A DNA stretch of 64,000 nt, from NCBI GenBank assembly GCA_047601445.1, contig JASGJH010000001.1, positions 3,136,001-3,200,000 on the forward strand, written 5' to 3'. This stretch comes from Myxococcales bacterium (lineage in GTDB: Bacteria > Myxococcota_A > Polyangia > Polyangiales > DASUME01). The translations under genes were made by a program, and so were the position numbers. Below the pieces are notes generated by a model. It had not been told where the DNA came from. It ran no database searches and saw nothing but the letters and a program-made list of their open reading frames with translations. Each line of letters begins with the position of its first letter. Within the stretch, counting starts at the first letter, position 1. Positions 28,268 to 36,155 of this stretch are shown piece by piece.

Positions 28268-28423
28268 CGTCGAGCGGGTAACGCTCGCTAAGCATCGAGC
28301 GGGTCGCGCTCGCTAGCATCGAGCGGGTAGCGCTCGCCAACATCGCGCGGGTAGCGCTCGCCGACATCGAGCGGGTAGCGCTCGTTAGCATCGCGCGGGT
28401 AGCGCTCGCTAGGCATCGAGCGG
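28268..28423. repeat. tandem array of ~6.4 copies of a 24-25 nt unit, each with a CGAGCG-ggtag-CGCTCG hairpin
   Basis: Units start at 28268, 28293, 28317, 28341, 28365, 28389 and partially at 28414. Consensus CATCGAGCGGGTAGCGCTCGCYAR. No unique spacers. Confidence 0.9.
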
Positions 28424-28720
28424 CTGCACCATGTCTTCGGCGAGGCGCGCGTCGATACGAGCGATGGCGTGCGTAAGTGCGCGGCGGGTGGACTCCTCCA
28501 GGGAACGCGAACGTGTCTCCGCGTTCTGCCAGTCGTCTGCCAAGCCCAGCGCCACCATCACCAGGAGCTGCGCTGGCGTGGCGCGCGCGAGGGCCTTGGG
28601 GCCGAGCGCCCGAACGCGCTCGTTGACGATGTCGGCCAGCTTACGCAGGTGCGCCTCATCGGCGTCCACCTGCATGCGATAGGAGGCCCCTGCGATGTCG
28701 AGCGTGACCGTATTCTTCAC
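28409..28720 (-). CDS. zapA: cell division protein ZapA
   Basis: 103 aa, VTLDIAGASYRM...EAHLRKLADIVNERV...LLVMVALGLAD followed by a coiled coil. Upstream of ygfA, the usual synteny. Confidence 0.85.
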   Translation of the reverse strand: MKNTVTLDIAGASYRMQVDADEAHLRKLADIVNERVRALGPKALARATPAQLLVMVALGLADDWQNAETRSRSLEESTRRALTHAIARIDARLAEDMVQPLDA

Positions 28721-28884
28721 AGGGCATCCTCCAGCCTAGATCCGCGCACACCAACCACCGGCGGAGCCTAAAATCCTGGCCTGTTTCGGGTCAAGTTTCG
28801 GGCGGATCGGTCGCGCGAAAAACCGCGGATTCCATGGCTGGGATCATGAGTTTGGTTGGTGAGCCATGATACCCTCGTTCAGGC

Positions 28885-31800
28885 ATGATCAAGGTCAAGT
28901 GCGATGCGTGCGGTGCGCCGTACGAAGTCGATCCGCGCAGAGTCCCCAAGTCCGGGCTCAAGATGCGTTGTCCCGCTTGCGGTTCGTCCGTCCAGGTAAA
29001 CGCCGACGGAGCTGCGCCCGCCCAGAAGGCCGACGGCAATGCACCGGCTCCGAAGCCCGCTGCGGCCATCCCGGCGGGACCGGCAAAGCCCGCCAAGCTC
29101 GCGGGGGACTTCGACCTCGATTTGCCCGCCGTCAAGGGAGCGTTGCCCAAGCCGTTCTCGGCCCCGACCGCCGCGGCGGCGTCGCCCTTCGGAACCGGCT
29201 TCGAGAGCACGGACGTGCTGGATTTGCCGGCGGTCAAGGGCAGTCAACCCAAGCCTGCCGGCAGGCCATTGGCGATCACGCTGGGCGATGACCTCGACGT
29301 GACGGACCTGCCAGCGCCCAAGCCGGGCGGCGCACGCTCGGGAGTCCCGGCCCCGCAGGCTTCGAGCGCGTCGCGTCCTATCGCTCCCGATCTCGACTTC
29401 GATTTGCCCGCGCCCAAGAAGCCCGCGGCGGCACCCATCGCCCCGGAGCTCGACTTCGACTTGCCCGCGCCCAAGAGGCCCGCGGCCATCGCGCCCGACC
29501 TCGACTTCGACTTGCCCGCACCCAAGAGGCCCGCGGCGGCAGCCATTGCCCCGGACCTCGACTTCGACTTGCCCGCGCCCAAGAAGCCCGCGGCGGCGGC
29601 CATCGCCCCGGACCTCGACTTCGACTTGCCCGCGCCCAAGAAGCCCGCGGCGGCGGCCATCGCCCCGGACCTCGACTTCGATTTGCCCACGCCCAAGCGG
29701 CCGGGCGGTCTGGGCGCCGATTTCGACTTGCCTCAGCCGAAGTCCCGCGCCCTCCCCGGCAAACCCGAGCCCGTGCGAGCCCAGCCGCAGCCGTTCGCGC
29801 CGGCCCGTCCCGCGCCAGCCGCCGCATCGAACGCCGCCAGTACGATGGCCAAGGACAGCCTCGCCATCGATCCCGAACCCTTCTATGCCGACGACAGTTC
29901 GGACCTGTTGGGTCACCTGGACGACGTGCGCACCGCTGCCGCACTCAAACAGGAAGCTCCACAAATCGATCTGCCCGCACCCAGCGACCTGCCCAAGGTC
30001 AAAGGTCCCACGGGCGCAGCGCGAACCCAGGGCGCGCCGAGCCCCTTCGGTAAGCTCGGCAGGGACTCGCTCGACTTGCCCGGAGGCTTCGCCGAGGGCG
30101 AGCTCGACCTGCCCGCTCCGGCAGACCTCCCGGTGGCACTCGACCTACCCGTGGGACGCAAGCCCGCGGCAGGCCCCGGGGGCGTCTTCAAGAACGCCGC
30201 GCCTGCGCTGGATAAGCCGGTCTCCAAGGCAGCCGCCGGCTCGGGCGGCCGCGCCAACGAGCTGGCCAGGGCGCCCGAATTCGAATCTGCAGCTGCCCGA
30301 ACCCGGCAGCGCCAAGGCCAAGCCAGCCGCCGCACAGGAAAAGTCGGCTCGCATCAGCGCGGGCGACGACATGCTCTCGCTGCCGTCCTTGAGTGACCGA
30401 CCGGGCGCCTCGCTCGCGGACTTCGATCTCGAGCCCATCGCTGAGCTCGAAGCCCCCAAGCCCCACGGCGTCACGATGGAGCTCGAATCCCATCTTCGAG
30501 CCAGCCAGCGCCAAGAAGAAGCCCGTCCCGGCCCCGCAGCCCCAGCGCTCGGGCGCAGCCGGCGGCAGCGCCTTCGGTGAGATCGACTTCGGCCTCAGCA
30601 GCGAAGCCTTGCCGGCCCAGCTGCCCGTGCCGATGCCGATGCCGATTCCGGTCGATGCCAGCAAGAGCAACTTCGACGTGCCGGCCACCGACGCTTCCGC
30701 GGAAGCCGAGCCCGCACCCAAGAAGAAGGCCAAGAAGAAGCGCAAGAAGACCAACGACAAGCCCACGCCTTTCTGGGTCTGGCCGCTCATGCTGGTCATG
30801 CTGTTGGTGGGCACGGGCGTCGCCCTCGGCTTGTTCACGGCACACGGTTGGTTCGGCGTGTACCTGGTCGAGCAGTTGTTGCCCGCGGCGGGCGACCCTG
30901 CGCACGTGGCCCAGGCCATCCAGCAAGCCGAGACGCAGGCCAAGACCGACACCCAGCGCGACCTGCGCAAATCGCTCGCGGCGCTCGCCGAGGCGCGCAA
31001 CGAAGCCGGCCTGAACCTGCCGCTCCTCGCGCGCAGTCTCTTGCACGAGTCGCTCTACCAGCTGCGCTTCGGCGACGACTACAACAGTGCGCAACGCGCC
31101 GTCGCCATCCTCACGCGCGTGATGGAGCGCGGCACGGAGGTCCCCGGTCTGACGCTCGCGCGCGCGGCCAACGCGGCGCGCACGGGTGACCTGGCAGGGG
31201 CCAAGAGCCTGCTCGCCCAAGTCCCCGAGAGCCAGAGATCCCTATCGCAGCCTGGTGGCCGGTGAGCTCGCCATGCTCGACAAGCAGCCCGCGCAGGCCG
31301 CCAAGGAGTTCGCGCGTGCGGCCAAGCTAGGCGGCGAAGCCCGCGCGAACTGGGGGCTCGCGCGCGCGCAGCAGGCCATTCAAAACCTGCCCGACGCCGA
31401 GGCGGCTGCCAAGGCGACTCTCGAGTCCAGCCCGCGTCATTCGGCCGCACTCGTGTTCCTGGGCGAGCTCGCGCTCAGCAACGGCGAGCTAGCAGAGGCC
31501 CTCTCCCTCGCGCGCAAGGCCTCCGGCGCAGATGAGATCTCGGGCACCCCGGCGCGCCCATCCAAGGCCGAGCGCGCACGCGCCTTCGCGCTCGAAGGGC
31601 GCGTCGAAGAGCGTCGCGAGCACCCGCGCGAAGCGCAGGCTGCCTACGAGCGGGCCCTGGCTGCAGACCCCCTCCAGCTCGATGTACTGATCGGCTCGGC
31701 GCGCATGTTGATGCGCCTCGGTCGCACCCGCGACGCCCTGACGCGCTTCGACTCGGCGCTGGGAGCGAACCCACCCGCGGTCGCGGGCAGCGACGGCAAG

Positions 31801-33207
31801 ATCCCGTTGCTCGAGGCGAGCCTCGGCTCGGCCCAGGCGCTGCTGTCGACGGAGCGCGCCCAGGAAGCCCTCGACCGCATCAACGGCCTGATCAAGCGTT
31901 TCCCGGAGAACTACGAGGTCCACCTGTGGCATGGCCACGCCCTCGAGGCCCAGGGCAACCTGGATGACGCCGAGGCCGCGTTCCAGAAGACCATCGAGCT
32001 CGCACCGCAGGAGTTCGGCGGTTACGTCGCGCTGTCGCAGCTGCTGTTCAAGCGCGAGCGCCCCGAAGAAGCCGCCCGCACGCTGTCCGACGCCACCAAC
32101 AAGGTCAAGGACAGCGCGGACGTGCGCCGCATGCTCGGCAACTCCGAGCTCCTGCGCAACCACCTGCCCGAAGCGATTCATCAGTTCGGCGCTGCCTTGC
32201 AGTTCGACCCAAAGGACGCCGGTGCCCTCTTCGGTCTGTGCGTGGCCCAGCGCAAGCACGGTGAGATCTCCGCGGCGGAGCAGACCCTGGCGCGGCTCGC
32301 CGCGGTCGATCCGACCTTCTCGGGTCTGCCCCTCGAACGCGGTCAGCTGCTCGAAACGCGGGGCGACTACGCCGGTGCGGCGGCCGCCTACCAGAAGGCG
32401 CTCGAAGAACGCCCCCACGACACCGAGCTCAAGCTGCGGCTCGGCGCCGCCCTCGTCACCGCGGATCGCGTGGACGAGGCCGATGCCTTGTTGCGCGAGG
32501 TGTTGAAGGAGCGCCCCACGTCCGCCGAAGCCGAGCACTTCATGGGCCGCATCCTGTTTGCCCGCCACGACACGGCCCAGGCGCTGCAGCGCTTCGAGCG
32601 CGCCGTGAACTTCGACAACATGCGGGCCGACTACCACATGTATTTGGCCTGGGCGCATCTCGAACAGGGCAACCTGAGCGGCGCTCTCGAGAGCGTGAAC
32701 GCCGCCCTCGCGCGGGATCCCAACCTGGCCGATGCGTACTGGATCCTCGGCCGCATCCAGCTGCGTACCGGCGCGGTCAAAGACGCTCTGCAGAACTTCC
32801 AGACCGCCCTGCGCCTCAAGCCCGGTCGCGTGGAGGCCCTGGCCGGCATCGGCGACGCCTATGACCAGCTGCGCGAGCTGAGCAAAGCCATCAAGTCCTA
32901 CCAGGAGGCCGTCAAACTCGCGCCCGAACACGGAGACTGGTGGTACCGGCTCGGCTCGCTGCACCTCGACAAGGGCAGCCGTGACGAGGCCCGCGTGACC
33001 CTCGCGGAGGCCGTGCTGCGCGGTGATCGCCTGATCGAAAAGCCGAGTTGGCTGGCCGACGCACACCACGCCTACGCCGAAGTCCTGCGCGATAGCGGCC
33101 GCATCCCGGAGGCCCTCGATCAGTACAAGACCTTCTTGCAACTCGCCCCCGCGGGCCACCCGAACCGCGAAGAGGCCACGCAGATCCTGCGCGCCAACGA
33201 GCGCTGA
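28885..33207 (+). CDS. large zinc-ribbon (MJ0042-type) / disordered linker / TM / TPR protein, split by three +1 frameshifts (~30284, ~30486, ~31235)
   Basis: Starts MIKVKCDACGAPY...MRCPAC, then DLP-rich linker, KKKAKKKRKK plus TM, then many TPRs. ORFs 28885, 29546, 30393 and 31186 each step +1 and join to ~1439 aa. Confidence 0.82.
29380..29703 (+). repeat. intragenic tandem repeat, 6 copies of 51-57 nt encoding IAPDLDFDLPAPK(K/R)PAA(AA)
   Basis: Directly visible in the DNA and the translation. Confidence 0.92.
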
Positions 33208-33264
33208 ACGCGCGAGCGTCGTAAAGCGCCGCGAGGTTCGTGTGCCCAGGGATGAGTGACGTCC

Positions 33265-34086
33265 CTACCGCCGCAAGCGAGCCACGATGCCTCGCACGAG
33301 CTGCGTAAAGCGGCCCGCAGCGGCGCGCGCGGTGTGCTCCACTTCTGCATGGGTGAGCGGCGTGGGCGAGAGCCCCGAGGCCAGGTTGGTGATGCACGAC
33401 AGCCCGAGGATGCGCGCGCCCATGTGCCTCGCCGCGATCACCTCTTGCACCGTGCTCATGCCGACCGCGCTGGCGCCCAGTAGACGCAGCATGCGCACCT
33501 CGGCCGGCGTCTCGTAGCTGGGCCCGAGCACGCCCGCGTAGATACCCTGGGCGAGCGCATGGCCCTGCGCCCGCGCCACCTCGTGTGAGAGCGCGATGAG
33601 CTCTCGGTCGTAGACCTCGGACATGTCCGGGAAACGGGGGCCGAGCTCGCTCGGATTCGGGCCCACCAGGCAGTTACGCCCTGTCAGGTTCAGGTGGTCG
33701 TCGATCACCAACAAACTACCTGGCTCCAGGGTGGGATCGAGGCCGCCCGCCGCGTTGCTCACGATGAGGGTGCGCGCGCCCAGGCGCAGCATGAGCCGCA
33801 CTCCGAGCACCACGGTCTCGAGTGGGTGTCCCTCGTAGGGGTGAAGGCGACCCTGCATGGCCATCGCGGGCACGCCTTCGAGGGAGCCGAACACGAGTTG
33901 GCCCTTGTGACCCATCACGCCGGTCTCGGCCATGCCGGGAATGGTCGCGTAAGGAAGGCGGCGCGCGTCCTCGAACGCATCGACCAAGCTACCGAGTCCT
34001 GAGCCGAGCACCAAGGCCACGTCGGGGGTGCTCTCGAGTTGGGGGCGGACGAACGCTTCGGCGCGCGCGAGATCGGCGAGATCCAT
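33265..34086 (-). CDS. punA: purine-nucleoside phosphorylase (trimeric PNP I family)
   Basis: Motifs LVLGSGLG, QGRLHPYEG, SNAAGG, GPSYETPAE, VGMSTVQE, SCITN. Confidence 0.92.
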   Translation of the reverse strand: MDLADLARAEAFVRPQLESTPDVALVLGSGLGSLVDAFEDARRLPYATIPGMAETGVMGHKGQLVFGSLEGVPAMAMQGRLHPYEGHPLETVVLGVRLMLRLGARTLIVSNAAGGLDPTLEPGSLLVIDDHLNLTGRNCLVGPNPSELGPRFPDMSEVYDRELIALSHEVARAQGHALAQGIYAGVLGPSYETPAEVRMLRLLGASAVGMSTVQEVIAARHMGARILGLSCITNLASGLSPTPLTHAEVEHTARAAAGRFTQLVRGIVARLRR

Positions 34087-34266
34087 CGTGCCTACGAGCA
34101 GATGCAAAACTCGTCACGCTGTCAACCGATGCCTCGCGATAGCCCGGGCTCGCGCGCGCGTTTTTCCCAGGCGCAGCACCGCACAGCGTTCACCTGCACG
34201 GGCGCGACGAATCCAAGCTGCATCCGCCAAAACACGTGCGTACAATCTAGAAAGGAGCGGTAATCG

Positions 34267-35379
34267 ATGACGCTCGAGCGTGGTTGGCGCTTGCTTCCGT
34301 CAGAAACCGTGCTGTGGCACGGCCGTCCGGTGCAGAGCGCCGCGCGCGATCCGGTGTGGTGGTTAGCCGCCATCTTCCTCTACTCGCTCGCCAGCATCGC
34401 CGGGCTGTTCTCGAGCTTGCTCGCGGTCTCCGAGCTCGCAGGCGCACGTCAAATCGGGTGGATGGCTGCATACCTCGGGCTTTGGGCCACAGCCGTCGTC
34501 ATCGCTCCACGTTTCCTCCACAACTCCTGCGAGTATCTGGTCACGGATCGCCGCGTCATGTGGCGTCGTGGTCGCCTCACGCGCTGGGTCGATCGACACG
34601 CGATCAGCTACGGGCGCATCGTGTGGAACCGCACCACACCGGGCGTCGGACACCTCGAACTCGTGCGAGCCACGCCTTTCGGTCCGCTCTCGCGCAGGCA
34701 GCGCATCAAGCTCCTGCACGTGGCGGCGCCCGACCGTGTATTCGCCATCATCCGCGGCGTGGCGGCGAGCGAGCACCTGGGCGACCCGGACCTGCCCGTC
34801 ACCGATCGGCTCGATCAGGGGGAGCTCGTGATCTGGGGCGCGGGTCCGCAGGGCTTCATGTTGGGCTGGCGCGACGTCCTCACCGCGGCGCTAGGCATGT
34901 TCGTACTGTGGTTGTCGGTCCGCTACGGGGGCCAGGCTTGTGGCCTGTTGGTGGATCTCGAACGACTCGGCTTGCAGGTGCGCTCCTGGACCTGGCTCCT
35001 GTTGTTCCTGGCCACCGCGCTCTCCTTCAGCGTCATCGCCAGCGCCGGCGCAGCGCTGGTATGGCACGGCATCTTCCGCGCGCGCGCCATGGGCCGCGAG
35101 ACCGAGTACGTGCTGACCAACCGCCGCGTGTTGATCCGCCGTGGGCGCACGGAGCTCTCCATCGATCGCCGCACCATCGTGGATGTCGCCGTCGTCCCCG
35201 TGGTCGATGGCTCGCGCCACCTCTATCTCATCCTCGATTCACCCGAAGCCCGCGCGCTCTCGGACAGCGGCGCCATGTTGCCCTTGCCGCCCGCGCGAGA
35301 CCTGGTGCCGCCCGTGCTGTACGAGCTGCGTGACACCGAAGGCCTGTGCGAGCTGCTGCTAGCCCGCGCGGCCGCGTGA
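34267..35379 (+). CDS. membrane protein with duplicated TM-pair plus bacterial PH-like domain
   Basis: Two internal repeats: ETVLWHGRP...EYLVTDRRV and ELVIWGAGP...EYVLTNRRV. Confidence 0.65.
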   Translation: MTLERGWRLLPSETVLWHGRPVQSAARDPVWWLAAIFLYSLASIAGLFSSLLAVSELAGARQIGWMAAYLGLWATAVVIAPRFLHNSCEYLVTDRRVMWRRGRLTRWVDRHAISYGRIVWNRTTPGVGHLELVRATPFGPLSRRQRIKLLHVAAPDRVFAIIRGVAASEHLGDPDLPVTDRLDQGELVIWGAGPQGFMLGWRDVLTAALGMFVLWLSVRYGGQACGLLVDLERLGLQVRSWTWLLLFLATALSFSVIASAGAALVWHGIFRARAMGRETEYVLTNRRVLIRRGRTELSIDRRTIVDVAVVPVVDGSRHLYLILDSPEARALSDSGAMLPLPPARDLVPPVLYELRDTEGLCELLLARAAA

Positions 35380-35394
35380 ACTACGATCGCGGGT

Positions 35395-36006
35395 ATGTCG
35401 CGCCGCCGCTCCTCTTCGCTCGCTCGCCCGAGTGCGCCCTTGGGCCCGTGGATCCTGGGTAGCCTGCTGGTCGCGGCGTGCTCCGGCACGGCGAGCGCCC
35501 CTGCAGCCACGCCCCGATATCCGGAACTACCCAAGCCCGCCGCTGCCGAGACCTCCCCTCGCTTCCTCCCCGAGGCAGCCCTCCAGGCCGTCCAGCTCCC
35601 GTGCGGCGCCTCGGAGCTTCCCGACAATGGCCTGGATGACGACTGCGACGGGGTCGTGGACAGCCCGAAGTCCGCTGCAAGCAAGCTCACGATTAGCTTG
35701 GCTTATCGCGCGGAGACCCCGGGCGAGGTGCGCCTGCACGTGACGAGTGAGAGTGCGAGCCCGGTTCCAAACCTGGGCCGGAACCCGGACGCCAGCCGCG
35801 GCCCGGCAGTGGCCGTGAGCCGCCTCGACCTGTCCGCTCTGCCAGGAGGCCGCTACCGCCTCAGCGCGTCGCGGCCAGGGGGTGAAGCCGAGCCGGCCGA
35901 GCTTTCACTGGCTGTGAGCTCGGCCACGCTACGCTCAGTCCAGACCTACCTGGTCCGCCTGGGTGCGGGGGAAACCCGGACTCTAGGATTGATCGAAGTC
36001 CCCTAG
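35395..36006 (+). CDS. putative lipoprotein with a single metal-binding-type motif
   Basis: Lipobox LVAAC and motif DNGLDDDCDGVVD. Confidence 0.6.
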   Translation: MSRRRSSSLARPSAPLGPWILGSLLVAACSGTASAPAATPRYPELPKPAAAETSPRFLPEAALQAVQLPCGASELPDNGLDDDCDGVVDSPKSAASKLTISLAYRAETPGEVRLHVTSESASPVPNLGRNPDASRGPAVAVSRLDLSALPGGRYRLSASRPGGEAEPAELSLAVSSATLRSVQTYLVRLGAGETRTLGLIEVP

Positions 36007-36155
36007 GACTATTGTCACTTCCGTTCTGCGTGTTTTTTGGCAGCATGCCCAGATCGAGAACGAAGGCATCCTCGCAAAGCCGTACGAATTCCGTGTAGTA
36101 GGGCTGGTACTCGTGTGCGATGCCTGAGTAAATTTCAGGAACGGACGCAGTCGCT

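Noticed and set aside
28268..28423. Possible CRISPR array (palindromic ~24-nt repeats)
   Set aside because: Units are head-to-tail with no unique spacers, and there are no cas genes in the window.
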